Assembly: GCF_036971445.1 (NCBI RefSeq)
Contig: NC_091473.1
Coordinates: 205,158,377 to 205,222,376, forward strand
Direction of reading: 5' to 3'
DNA length: 64,000 nucleotides
From: Narcine bancroftii
Taxonomy: Eukaryota
Shown here: positions 11,043 to 24,500 of the stretch, piece by piece
Position numbering within the stretch: the stretch's first letter is position 1
Layout: every line of letters starts with the position of its first letter
Position numbers and translations under genes: made by a program
The notes under the pieces: model-generated
What the model was told of the DNA's origin: nothing
The model's database searches: none
The model's input: only the letters and a program-made list of their open reading frames with translations

Positions 11043-12844
11043 GATTCTGTAACGGATGTGGGTGGAAACAATACCGGAGACAGAGGACGCGAGACTCAGA
11101 GTGAGGTTCCCCCTCAACCTTTCCCCTTTCACCATAAAGCGGTGTCCTCTTGTAGTTATCTCTCCAAATCTAAGTTGAAAGAGCCTACTCAATTTTACAG
11201 TGTCTACAACTCTCTTAAATTAGTAAATCTCAATCAAGCATCCCCTTATTCCTCTACGCTACAAGTCCTAACCTGTGTAATCTTTCCCTGTAATTCAACT
11301 CCTGAATACTCGAAACATCGTAGCAAATCTCTCTGCACTCTTTAAATCTTAAATATACCCTTCGTATAGTTTGGCGACCAGAAGGGCACAGAGAACTCCT
11401 AATGTTCTCATATTTTCTATACTCTTCTCGTAGCTAATTGCTATTTGTTCCCTATACACACTTTACACCTTCTTCACCAGATCGCAAATGTCCTCGAAAA
11501 CCAAGGTTCCCTCTGCCTGTTATCTGTGCCTTTAATCGTGACAGGAACCGGCAAAATCTGCTCTCTCAAAATGTCGCATTTGAAGACCTTCCACTGACTG
11601 AACACATATTTGCCATTAAACAGATTATTCCAGTCCACTCTTCCTCGATCCTTTCTTATTTCCATAAATTGGCCTCTCACCAATTTATAATATTAACTCG
11701 ACGGTTAGACCTGTCTATATGCATAAGTAAATTGAAAATAAGGACATAAAGTATTGCATCAGCTCTCGTTGGCACCTATATATATTGAATAAGAAATCTT
11801 TCCTGAACAGATTTGACAAACGTTAAGCCACCCAGCCCTTTTACCACATGGGGGTCCAGTCAATATATGGAAAATTAAAATCACCTACTATCCCAACTTT
11901 CTGTTTCTTACATCGGTCTGCTTACTCTTTTCAGATTTGCACCGTCAATTCTCTTGGACTATTGTACGGTCTATAACACAACCCTTTCAGTGTGGCCGCA
12001 TCATACCCGTTGGTGAACTACATCCATATGGCCTCTGAGGACGAGTCCTTTCCTGTCTAATCTCACTCTTCCCCCTTTCACCCTCCCACATCATGTCAGA
12101 AAGAGAGAATCATGGAGCAATGTGCTGCCAGTCCTACTTCTCCTGCAACCACCTCTCACTAAAGGCAATAAAGTCGTGATTCCACGCCTGAAAACCGCCC
12201 GCCTTTGTGGCAATACTCGTTGCATTAAAATAAATAGAACATTTCTATCGTGTGCAAACCTTTGATTTCTGTCTATACACGCAGTCCTCACATGATATTT
12301 ATCCACGTCAACCTCACTATCAGCTCTCACAGTCTGGTTTCCCTCCACCTACAAATCAAACTTAACCCTCCGGAGATCTGCCCTCCTCTGATCGTTTCTC
12401 TTTCTCTGCGTGCTCTGTGTCTGAGGTGAGAGGTTGGAAGTCTTGAAGAAATAGACAGCCATTTGCTGGAATATTGTACTTAAACGATCGATTGTTGTTT
12501 AGATAGATGGGAGGGAGAGGTTATCACTACTCTCGAAAGGTTAAATAAGTGTAAGAGGGAGTCGAGTCGAAACAGAACGGGAGAAGCGGCGAGGGGGCCC
12601 AGGAAAACAAGAGGAGGTGATGGGAAGGGATGAGCGAGAGTGAAGAGATAAAGACGTGGGGCGTGTAAATGTAGACAGCGAAACACGAGCGAAAATGACT
12701 GAACATGAGAACAGCCAACATTAATAACTAGATTCCATTGGTCCAGTAACTGCGCCCTATTGAGCCGATGTGCGAGGAGGGCGCCCTCCTGTGTATCCTA
12801 GAGGATGGGCCGCCACTGACGCGACCACCCAGTCTTCGACTAAA

Positions 12845-13332
12845 ATGTTGAAATATTCGCTGTTTATCTTCATGCTGGTTTCCTCCCCATTCAGTTATTT
12901 GTTGATTCTGTGGGCCGTTCAGCTTGGTGAGCCTCTGACAGATTGGTCAGCGCGTGTCCCTACCGGCTCAGCGCAATTCTTCTCATATCTTGCACTGCGA
13001 GTTTCATTCCAGGAACAAAAGGGGAAATGTAGTAACACACGGAAATGTCTGCGGGACGCCAAGCAGAGTCACTGACACTACTTACCCCACAAGTGTTACC
13101 TTATATCTTTGGGACGTTAAAATCCCCGTGGATCGTCAAATCTTGGATATAACATCCAGTTCGATGTGGTTCAGACTCACGATCGTCTGGACAGGATGAC
13201 GGTTACATTGGAGAAAAGGGTCCGAATATTACATCTCAATATCTCGAAAGCTCTTGAAGCCGACTTGACCGTGTATATCTGTGCGGTGCGGCTCACGCTG
13301 TTCTTTGGAAATAGCGGTGACGCACAAAACCT
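12845..13332 (+). pseudogene. V pseudogene, family D, copy 1. Leader 12845-12926, degenerate V exon 13013-13293, RSS 13294-13332.
   Basis: Leader MLKYSLFIFMLVSSPFSYLLILWAVQL plus G with GTGAGC donor. cattccag acceptor. The FR1-CDR2 region is degenerate with an in-frame stop (...KQSH*). FR3 is conserved (LEKRVRILHLNISKALEADLTVYICAV). Heptamer CACGCTG, 23-bp spacer, ACAAAACCT. Confidence 0.65.
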
Positions 13333-13736
13333 GATTCTGAAATCGGATGTGGGTGGAATCAAAACGGGAGGAAGAGGACGGGAGATCATGTTAGTGATTG
13401 CGAAAGGCCGAGCAGTTAAAAATGTTAGATAGAATGAGCTAGAGGAATAGAATGAAAGAAGCGGAGAGAGGGAGCGAGGGAGGAGATAAAAAGACGGAAG
13501 ACACTGGGAATGCACAGATAGAGGGAGAAACCGTGAAAGGAGAGCGCGATGAAGACTGTCTTCTCAACGCGGTCTGATTGGTTCACGAATGAGATCATCA
13601 ACCAATCCTATGTGAAGGAAACGCATTCATTTCTGACCCAGGGTGTTTGTCCGCTCATAACATCGACCGATCCGTATTTCCCTATGTTCAGCTGTAATAC
13701 GGGGAAATCTTCGCCTTTGACCTTAATCCGCAGATC

Positions 13737-13946
13737 ATGGCTGTTGTGTGTTTTTTGCCGTTTCTTTGGGTCGTTTTGACTGGTGAGCATGTCCGATATG
13801 TTACCATCCCCGGTAGTCCACGTGTTTGTAACTTTAACATTAGTAAAGTTAGATGAGTTCCCCCCAAGAATCAAACTCCTTAGCTCTCCCTCCGTTTACT
13901 CGTTTACTCGTTCACTGTCTACGTACTGATCTACGTCGCGCGCCCC

Positions 13947-13999
<53 letters not shown>

Positions 14000-14585
14000 C
14001 TCGCCATTCTATTGAGAGAGAAACAAGTCCAGTCTCCAAAAGACATTTTTCAGCATCCGACTTGAGTTTGCGACCTTGCGAGCATTTAGAAAATTTCTTT
14101 CTTTCGAATTGAAGCCGAGCATCATGTTCCTCCTGAAGATTGGGCAGAATCTTAGGGCCGATCTGCCAGCTGAGACAGATTGGTCAACAAGTGTCGCGCG
14201 GGTGCAGTACGGTCCAGCGGTGTTCACTCATTCTGCTTTGTTCCAGGGGCCAGTGCGAATGATTCAGTGACACAAAGACCGCCGGAAATGATAGTCGATG
14301 AAGGGCAGTTTGTGGAACTGAACTGTAGTTACTCGATGACAACCTACGCTTATTTTTGGTACATTCAACATCCCGGAGAATCTCCAAAATATTTGCTGAA
14401 AATCCAACTGTCAGGAGACGTGTTTCCTTCTCGCGATTGTCCTGGGAGGATATCGGGTTCCTTAGAGAAAACGAGCCAGAGATTCCACCTTAATATCTCA
14501 CAAATCCGCGTGGATGATTCCGCCGTGTATCTCTGCGCCGTGGAGCTCACGCTGTTCCAGGGCGGCGGGGATCTGCACAAAAACT
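13737..14585 (+). CDS. Germline V gene segment, family A, copy 2. L-PART1 13737-13782, V exon 14247-14547, RSS 14548-14585. Intact.
   Basis: Same architecture as copy 1. ORF 14180..14749 carries C23, W41 and YLCAV. Heptamer CACGCTG, nonamer ACAAAAACT at 14577-14585. Confidence 0.8.
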
Positions 14586-15696
14586 CACCTCGAAAATTGT
14601 CATCACGCGCGGTGGCTTGGGGGCGCTCTCGGTCCCCAGAAGCCAGTTCTGTCAGTCAGATTAATAGAAGGGTGAAGTCAACGCCGAGGTGCTGGAGATT
14701 TTCCCTCATCTTGCGTTTCTTTTTCTCTGCATCCGTTTCGTTTCTTTGAGGTTGAAGGTAGGATGACAGCGAAGGAGATAAAGTGAACAGCTGTTTCCCA
14801 GAATATAGTGGGAAAAGGGAAGTTATGTTTTTGTGATGGAAATTGAGAAGTTGATAAAGGCGGCGCGGGTAGGGCAAGAGCGTGGCCCCACATTCATGAG
14901 TGCATATGGCATAGAGTAGGGGACAAAGCAGGCATTGATGCGTGTTTCTGATCATCGTCGAGGAGGTGATGTTGCCGATGAGCACTGTTGGGGGCTTCCA
15001 ATGAGGATGTCACAGATCCAGTAACAGATGGCTGGACAAAGTACCGGATCCTTTAGATTGGTCATCCGCTTTGCAACTGTGTGGGCGTTGAACGCCGGGC
15101 ATTAGTCCTTGAACAGCAAACCCACCATGGTATTTCAGCGGTATAGGTGATTTAATAAAGAGTGGACCGTCAACGGTAGGGGTGGGGGTGGGGGGCGGTC
15201 GTCACTTGTGGCGACGGGCGATGGGCCAATTGAAGTGTGTCCAGTTCCTTCAAGTGATAGGTGTTAATGCGCTCTATAACCAAACGGCGAAAACATTTCC
15301 TCCAAGTCCGTTAACTTGCTCCTGATGGGCAACAGGAGAGAGCAACGTGGAAGCAAAATCTCATAGAAATGCTGGAGCAACACAGCCGGTGCTGCAGAAC
15401 CCAAAAGGAGGGAAAGATACCTCACCGATATTTCGGGTCCGAGCCCTTCTTCAATGAATATGAAAATCTCTTGAATGTGTTAAAATTAAGACTGCAGACT
15501 GACCGGGTTTGTTTGTGGGGGAGGGGGGGGGGCGGGGTGGGGGGGGAGGGGGGGGGGCTGAGAGGGGCAGTTCAAAGCGACAGTTGATAATTGGCTATGG
15601 AAGGTAAAGAGATGAGAATTGATTTTGTTTCTGTCAACGGGGACAGAGGGAAACTCACATAGACCGAGACACAGAATGAGAGATAGAGATAGATAG

Positions 15697-15815
<119 letters not shown>

Positions 15816-15900
15816 CGGAATCGAAATAGAGGGAGAGAGAGGGCCGCGGGAAAATGCAAAAGTGGGAAGAATTAATTGTTTATCCTGACTTCCCCCCCTT

Positions 15901-16243
15901 TCAGTTGTTTGCTGATTTTGTGGACCGATCCACTTGGCGAACCTCTGACTGATTGGGTAGCTTGCGTCCCTCCCGGTTCAGCGCAATTTCTCGCATATTA
16001 CATTCATTGCGCGTTTCGTTCAGACACAATTTGAAATATCGTGGCCCATATATTAAATGCTTAAAAATTATAACCGAGACGACGTGGTTCTGCCTCACGT
16101 TTGACTGGACAGGATGACGTTGGAGAAAAGGGGCTGGATATTTCACCTCAATACGTCGAAAACGTTTGTAGCGGACTTGATGGTTTATCTCAGGGCGGTG
16201 TGGCTCACGCTGTTCTTTGGAAATAGCTGGACGCACAAATCGT
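15901..16243 (+). pseudogene. V pseudogene, family E, copy 3.
   Basis: Homologous. Nonamer at 16235-16243. Confidence 0.6.
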
Positions 16244-16621
16244 ATGTGGTTTGAAATGAAACGCGAGAAAGAGGATGCTAGAGCAGGTTAGGGATTGCTT
16301 AATGTTGAACAGGTGAAAATGTGAGACAGAGTGAGCGTCAAGAATAGAACGAAAGAAGGAGAAAGGGAGCGAGGGAGGAGATTAAAAAAGGGTAGATGCG
16401 GGGAGTGAACAGGTAGAGGGTTCGTGAAGCGAGGGGAACGCGATGCAAACTGTCTTCACTAACGCGTTCTTATTGGTTGGATAATGACCACACCAACCAA
16501 TCCTGTATGATGGAAACACTCTCATATCTGTCCCAAGTGTTAGACCGCTCATAACATCGCCCCACCAATTGTACTGCGGTAACATAAGGAAACCTTCGTT
16601 GATGATCTTAATCCACATACC

Positions 16622-17423
16622 ATGTTCTTAGTGAATGGTTTGGTGATTCTTTGGGCCGTTCTGACTAGTGAGCCTGTCTGACTGGTCAGCGACTTCTGCC
16701 CATTGTCCTCTCTCTACAAATCTCTAGCTTTAACATAATTAAAGACGGACAAATTCCCCAACTTCCTTTGCTCTTCCTTGCACCTTCTTCCTCCGCTTAC
16801 TCATTTACACACTCTCTGTGTTTACTGAACTTCCTCGCGGTTTCACTGTCGCACTCGTTCCCCCCCTCTCTCGCTCTTCGCCATTTTCGTACGAGGGAAA
16901 CGGGGACACATACAGAGTTTCTGCTGCTCCCGACGTGGGTACGCAACCTGATACCTCCGAATTTAGACCGGGCATCATGTTCCTACTGATTTGTTGGCTG
17001 AGTATATGCACCGTTCCGCCTGTTGAAACTAATTGGTCAACTAGTGCCGCGCGGGTTCAGTGCCATCCAGCGGCGTTCACACATTTTATTTTGTTCCAGG
17101 GGCAGGGCAAAGGATTCGGTGACCCAAAGCCCGCCGCAAATGTTAGTGGATAAAGGGCAGATCGTATCAATGAGATGTAGTTACTTGATTAGCCCCGACA
17201 CTAATTTTTGGTACATTGAATATCCCGGAGAATCTCCAAAATATTTGGCGAAAATCTACACGTCCCGAATCGTGGTTCAGACTCACGATTATCCTGAGAA
17301 AATAAAGCGTTATTTGGTGAAAAAGGTAATGAAATCCACCTCATCATCTCTGAAAGCCTTGTGGAGGAATCCGTCGTGTATCTCACGCAGCTGCAGATGG
17401 GCTGGCAGATCCACACAAAAAAC
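16622..17423 (+). pseudogene. V gene segment, family B, copy 3. L-PART1 16622-16667, V exon 17100-17383, RSS 17384-17423.
   Basis: 1-nt deletion at the start of the V exon (GGGCAGGGC instead of GGGCGAGGGC) and 1-nt deletion in FR3 (AAATCCACC instead of AAATCCCACC) give ...VMKSTSSSLKAL. C to Y change in DCPE. No C104. Confidence 0.7.
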
Positions 17424-18313
17424 CGAACCTCATGGAATTTAATCGGACACTGTGGCTCAGGGGCGCACCCGTCAACGGAATGGAAGCGACAGCGCGATCT
17501 ACCTGAAGGGCCTGCTATAACGCGGAGTTGCAGGAGATTTGCCATTCTCTGAGCGTTACTCTTTCTCTGAGTGCTCTTGGTCTGAATTGGAGGTTGGAAG
17601 TCAGGGGAGAGGGTGAAACAGATAGGTATTTGTCAGTATATTGTAGGAAAATGAAGCAATGTTCTTTAGATGGAAGGTGAGAAGTTTAAAAAAATCTTAG
17701 CCACGCGGGTCGGTGGGACTAGCGATCCCTCAAACCTGTTATTGCTAAAATGAACAACTAGCTCCTTGGTCTTGATGATATTAAAAACATAATTGTCGTT
17801 CTCGAACCAGCCAAACTGGTTCTCGATCACTATCCTACATTCGGACTCATCGTTTCCATTTATTTGGGCAGCCCTGGTGGCGCCTTCAGCTAATTTGTAG
17901 ATTGAGTTTGGGGTGAACTTGGCTGAACATCCATGAGTGAACATGGCTAAGGTTGAAGGGAGGGAGAGATTGGCACTGCTCTCGAAAGATTAACTAAGTG
18001 GAAGACGGAGTCGCCTCAAGGAAGGAAGTGAAAGAGAACAGGAGAAGCGGCGAGAGGGTGCAGGAAAACATGTGAAGATGAAGGAAAGGGATGAGCAAGA
18101 GTGAAGAAGAGAGAGACGTCTGGTGTGTAAATATAGACAAGTAACACGTGGGAAAAAGAGTGAGAATGAGAACGGCCAAGATTAGTAACCAGATTTCATT
18201 GGTTCTATCACTATTGTGAAGATGTGCGAGGAATGCGCCCTCCTGTGCCTCCTAGAGGATGGGCCGCTACTGACGCGATCCCACAGTCACATATCGGGCG
18301 AAGACGTTGAAAG

Positions 18314-18790
18314 ATGCTTCTGTTCATATTCATCCTGGATTCCTTCCCATTCAGTGTTTTTCTGATTCTGTGGGCCGTTCTGCTTGGAGAACCTCTGTCT
18401 AATTTGTCAGCGCGTGTCCCTCCCGGCTCAGACTATTTCCTCGCAGATCTGCACTGCTTGCTTCTTTCCGAAACAAATGGGGAAATGCTGTGACACACGG
18501 ACATGGCCGCGGTAAGACAAGAAGTGGCACTGAAACTAGTTACCCGAGAGGTGTAACCTTATTTTTTGGAGACGTTACAATTCCCGTGGACAGTGAGATC
18601 TTGGATATATCATAGTATTCAATGCGCTTCGGTCTCACGATCGTCCGGACAGGATGACGGTTCCTTTGGAGAAAAGGGCCTGGATATTCCACCTCAATGT
18701 TTCGAAAGCTGTTGAAGCGGACTTGGCCGTGTATCTCTGCGCGGTGCCGCTCACTCTGTTCTTTGGAAATTGCAAAAATGCACAAAAGCT
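18314..18790 (+). pseudogene. V pseudogene, family F, copy 3.
   Basis: V end 18751. Heptamer CACTCTG. Nonamer ACAAAAGCT at 18782-18790. Confidence 0.6.
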
Positions 18791-19215
18791 GATTCTGAAA
18801 TCGGATGTGGGTGGAAACAAAACCGGAGACAGAGGACGCGAGACTCAGAGTGAGGCAGTCATATGGCAACTCGATCACACTCCCGCCACTCTCTGAGTGG
18901 AGGTTCCCCCTCAACCTTTCCCCTTTCACCATAAAGCGGTGTCCTCTTGTAGTTATCTCTCCAAATCTAAGTTGAAAAAGCCTACTCAATTTTACAGTGT
19001 CTACAACTCTCTTAAATTAGTAAATCTCAATCAAGCATCCCCTTATTCCTCTACGCTACAAGTCCTAACCTGTGTAATCTTTCCCTGTAATTCAACTCCT
19101 GAATACTCGAAACATCGTAGCAAATCTCTCTGCACTCTTTCAATCTTAAATATACCCTTCGTATAGTTTGGCGACCAGAAGAGCACACAGAACTCCTAAT
19201 GTTCTCATATTTTCT

Positions 19216-20108
19216 TTCTTTTTCAATCTTTTTATTATTATTATAATTTATAAACACATACAGTTCAAAGAGATATAAAAAATACATAGTAAGTAATGAA
19301 TTAATACAGAGATATTAAACAATAATATTACAGAATAAAAATATATCATAAAGTTTTTTTTACATCAGTTTAAGGTGTGAACTATCTCTAAAAAAAAGAT
19401 ATAATTAATAACAATATATGAAAAAAGAGAAGAAAATACCCCAAAAAAGAAGAAAAAACAAATCTGAATTAAAAAAACTTTAAAAAAAACAAAAAAAACC
19501 TACAGATATAGATAAACCACGCCGATCACTCCGATCTCAACTTACAGCCCAATTATCATACATAATCATAGAAAGAAAACAGAGCCAGATCAACTCACCA
19601 CAAATGAAAATATTGAATAAATGGTCGCCAGGTTAACTCAAACTTAGAAGGGGATTCATAGACAGAGTTTCTAATTTTCTCTAAATTTAAACATAGTATA
19701 GTTTGGGTAAACCATTGGAAAACAGTGGGAGGATTAACCTCTTTCCAATTCAATAGTATAGATCTTCTAGCCATTAGTGTAAGATAAGCAATCATACGAT
19801 CCGCAGGAAGAGATAAATAAGTCAAATCTATCATAGGTGCATAACATTCACTAATAGAGTTTAAAGTTGTTCATAGAGCTCATATGTCTAAAGATAAACT
19901 CCATCGCTTTTATTCTCATATCGATCCTATATGTGATAAATGTCAATTGGAAATAGCTTCCCTTACACATATGTTTTGGTCCTGTTCCTCTTTACAGAAT
20001 TATTGGAAGGAAATTTTTTCCATTATATCTACTGTTTTGAATATTGATTTACAACCACATCCCATTACTGCAATTTTTGGATTACCTATGATAGATTTGA
20101 CTTATTTA
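19216..20108 (-). mobile_element. 5'-truncated, 5'-inverted (twin-priming-type) LINE fragment insertion, about 893 bp. Cassette-3 copy.
   Basis: Flanked by TCTCATATTTTCT at 19203-19215 and 20109-20121. Antisense ORF2 C-terminus 19595..19834 plus A/T-rich 3'UTR and tail at the left end. Sense-oriented upstream ORF2 segment 19884..20108. Confidence 0.75.
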
Positions 20109-21198
20109 TCTCATATTTTCTATACTCTTCTCGTAGCTAATTGCTATTTGTTCCCTATACACACTTTACACCTTCTTCACCAGATCGCAAATGTCCTCGA
20201 AAACCAAGGTTCCCTCTGCCTGTTATCTGTGCCTTTAATCGTGACAGGAACGGGCAAAATCTGCTCTCTCAAAATGTCACATTTGAAGAACTTCCACTGA
20301 CTGAACACATATTTGCCATTAAACAGATTATTCCAGTCCACTCTTCCTCGATCCTTTCTCATTTCCATAAATTGGCCTCTCACCAATTTATAATATTAAC
20401 TCGAGGGTTAGACCTGTCCATATGCATAAGTAAATTGAAAATAAGGACATAAAGTATTGCATCAGCTCTCGTTGGCACCTATATATATTGATTAAGAAAT
20501 CTTTCCTGAACAGATTTGACAAACGTTAAGCCACCCAGCCCTTTTACCACATGGGGGTCCAGTCAATATATGGAAAATTAAAATCACCTACTATCCCAAC
20601 TTTCTGTTTCTTACATCGGTCTGCTTACTCTTTTCAGATTTGCACCGTCAATTCTCTTGGACTATTGTACGGTCTATAATACAACCCTTTCGGTGTGGCC
20701 GCATCATACCCGTTGGTGAACTACATCCATATGGCCTCTGAGGACGAGTCCTGTCCTGTCTAATCTCACTCTTCCCCCTTCACCCTCCCACATCATGTCA
20801 GAAAGAGAGAATCCTGGAGCAATGTGCTGCCAGTCCTACTGCTCCTGCAACCACGTCTCACTAAAGGCAATAAATTCGTGATTCCACGCCTGAAAACCGC
20901 CCGCCTTTGTGGCAATACTCGTTGCATTAAAATAAATAGAACATTTCTATCGTGTGAAAACCTTTGATTTCTGTCTATACACGCAGTCCTCACATGATAT
21001 TTATCCACGTCCACCTCACTATCAGCTCTCACAGTCTGGTTTCCTTCCCCCTACAAATCAAACTTAACCCTCCGGAACAGCATCAGCAAACCTGCCTGCA
21101 AGGATATAGGTCCAATTCCAGTTCGGATACAAACCCCCTGTCGGATATATTTGCTGGAAAATCCGCAGCTCAGGGATAGAGGGTCTGTCTCACTATTG

Positions 21199-21264
21199 GA
21201 CGGACAGGATGAAGGGTTCCTTGGAGAAAAGGGGTCGGATATTCTAAGTCATTATCTCCGGAGA

Positions 21265-21266
<2 letters not shown>
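21199..21266 (+). pseudogene. V fragment, family G, 5' portion. Interrupted by a full-length LINE insertion.
   Basis: ...ggacaggatgaagggttccttggagaaaagg...gtcattatctccggagatc, then poly-T of the LINE. Confidence 0.5.

Positions 21267-21329
<63 letters not shown>
21267..21329 (-). repeat. Poly(A) tail of the LINE, seen as T63 on the + strand.
   Basis: Uninterrupted run of 63 T directly next to the left TSD. Confidence 0.9.
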
Positions 21330-21334
<5 letters not shown>

Positions 21335-21582
21335 TTTATTTTTCACACCATAAATCACAATAGCCATGATATACACTTTTTCTTTTCCACACATTTACAG
21401 TGACTTTTTCTCCCTCCCCCCTTCCTCCTCCCAAGCCACCCCCCCATCCCTCCCCCCTCTCATCCATTTTAGTTATACAATCTAGGTTGCATTATTTCAG
21501 TTAGACAATGTTGTCATTCAACAAAAATACACCAGAAATTCTACTGAGTCCATTTTTTTTCTTCTCTTCTCCTTCCATCAAC

Positions 21583-24500
21583 TTAGGTAATGTTTGTTCC
21601 CGGTAGGTTTTCGCTATTGTATTTAATGTAAGGCTCCCATACTTGTTCGAATATTTCAATATTATTTCTTAAACTATATGTTATTTTTTCTAATGGAATA
21701 CATTTATTCATTTCTATATACCATTGTTGTATTTTCAAATTATCTTCCAATTTCCAGGTTGACATAATACATTTTTTTGCTACAGCTAGGGCTATCTTAA
21801 CAAATCTTTTTTGTGCATCCTCCAAGTCAATTCCAAATTCTTTATTTTTTATGTTACTTAGGAGAAAGATCTCTGGATTCTTTGGTATATTGTTTTCTGT
21901 TATTTTATTTAATATCTGATTGAGATCATCCCAAAATTTTTCTACTCTCTCACATGTCCAGATTGCATGAATTGTTGTTCCCCTTTCTTTTTTACATCGA
22001 AAACATCTATCAGATACTGTTGGGTCCCATTTATTTAACTTTTGCGGTGTAATGTATAGTCTGTGTAACCAATTATATTGTATCATACGCAGCCTCGTAT
22101 TTATTGTATTTCTCATCGTTCCAGAGCATAACTTCTCCCATGTTTCCTTTTTTATCTTTATATTTAAATCTTGTTCCCATTTTTGTTTAGTTTTACCATT
22201 TGTTTCCTCATTTTCCTTTTCTTGCAGTTTAATATACATATTTTTTATAAATCTTTTGATTAACATTGTATCTGTAATCACATATTCAAGGTTACTTCCC
22301 TCTGGTAAACTCAAGTTGCTTCCTAATTTATCTTTCAAGTAGGATCTCAGTTGGTAATATGCCAGCGCTGTATCTCCCGTTATATTGTACTTATCTCTCA
22401 TTTGTTCAAAGGATAAGAATCTATTTCCTGAAAAACAATTTTCTATTCTTTTAATCCCTTTTTTTTCCCATTTTCTAAAGGCAAGGTTGTCTATTGTAAA
22501 AGGGAGTAGCTTATTTTGCGTCAATATTAGTTTTGGTATTTGGTAATTTATTTTATTTCTTTCTACATGTATCTTCTTCCATATATTGAGGAGATGGTGT
22601 AATACTGGAGAAGTTCTATGTTGTACCAATTTTTCGTCCCATTTATATAATATGTGTTCAGGTATCTTTTCCCCTATTTTATCTAATTCTAGTCTCGTCC
22701 AGTCTGGTTTTTCCCTTGTTTGATAAAAATCTGATAGGTACCTTAATTGTGCGGCTCTATAATAATTTTTGAAGTTTGGCAATTGTAAGCCTCCTTGTTT
22801 ATACCATTCTGTTAATTTGTCTAGTGCTATCCTCGGTTTCCCCCCTCTCCATAAAAATCTCCTTATTATTTTCTTTAACTCTTTGAAGAATTTTTCTGTC
22901 AGTTGTATTGGCAATGCCTGAAATAAGTATAGTATCCTTGGAAAAATGTTCATTTTAATACAGTTTATCCTTCCTATCAGTGTTAGTGGTAGCTCTTTCC
23001 AATGCTCTAAATCGTCCTGTAGTTTTTTCATTAGTGGATTGTAATTGAGTTTATATAATTGGCCTAGATTTTTGTTTATTTGCACACCTAGGTATCTTAT
23101 TGCCTGCGTTTGCCATCTGAATGGGGATTCCTCCTTAAATTTTGAGAAATCCGCGTTATTCATAGGCATTGCTTCACTTTTATTTACGTTTATCTTGTAT
23201 CCCGACACTTCTCCATATTCCTTCAATTTCTTATATAGTTCTTTTATTGATAGTTCTGGTTCTGTTAAGTACACTATCACATCATCCGCAAACAGACTGA
23301 TTTTATATTCCCTGTCTTTTATTTTTATTCCTTTTATATTATTATCTCTTCTTATCGATTCTGCTAGTGGTTCTATAGCTAGCGCAAACAATAATGGTGA
23401 TAGTGGGCATCCCTGCCGCGTTGACCTGCTTAAGTTAAATTGCTTTGATACATGTCCATTTACTGTCACTTTCGCTAACGGTCCCTTATATAATGCTTTA
23501 ATCCAATTAATATACTTCTCCGGTAAACTGAATTTTTGCAATACTTTGAACAAGTAATTCCATTCTACTCTGTCGAAGGCCTTCTCTGCGTCTAAAGCAA
23601 CTGCTACTGCCGGTGCTTTATTTCCTTCTACTGCATGAATTAAGTTAATAAATTTACAAATATTGTCTGTTGTGCGTCTTTTTTTGATAAATCCAGTTTG
23701 GTCTAAATTTACCATTTTCGGTACCTGTTCTGCTAATCTGTTCGCTAATAGTTTAGCTATTATCTTATAATCTGTGTTTAGCAAAGATATTGGTCTATAT
23801 GACGCTGGTGAGAGTGGATCTTTCCCTTGTTTTAGTATCACTGTAATTATTGCTGTTTTACATGAATCTGGTAAGTTTTGTGTCTCATCAATCTGGTTGA
23901 TTACATCCAGGAGGGGCGGTATTATTAGGTCTTTAAATGTTTTGTAGAATTCTATTGGGAGTCCATCCTCTCCTGGTGTCTTATTATTTGGTAAATTTTT
24001 TATTATCTCTTGTATTTCTACTGTTCCAAATGGTTCTGTTAATTTATTTTGTTCCTCTATTTGTAGTTTTGGTAGTTCAATTTTAGTCAAAAATTCATCT
24101 ATTTTCCCTTCTTTCCCTTCGTTTTCGGTTCGGTATAATTGTTCATAGAATTCTCTGAAGTTTTCCTTAATTTCTTTTGGATTATATGTAATTTGTTTGT
24201 CTTTTTTCCTTGTTGCCAATACCGTTTTCTTAGTTTGCTCTGTCTTAAGCTGCCATGCTAGGATTTTGTGTGTTTTTTCCCCTAGTTCATAATATTTCTG
24301 TTTTGTCTTCATTATATTCTTCTCCACCTTATATGTTTGTAATGTTTCATATTTTATTTTTTTATCCGCCAATTCTCTTCTTTTGGTTGTATCTTCCTTT
24401 ATTGCTAATTTTTTTTCTATGTTTATTATTTCCCTTTCCAACTGCTCTGTTTCCTGATTATAGTCCTTCTTCATCTTGGTTGCATAACTTATTATTTGCC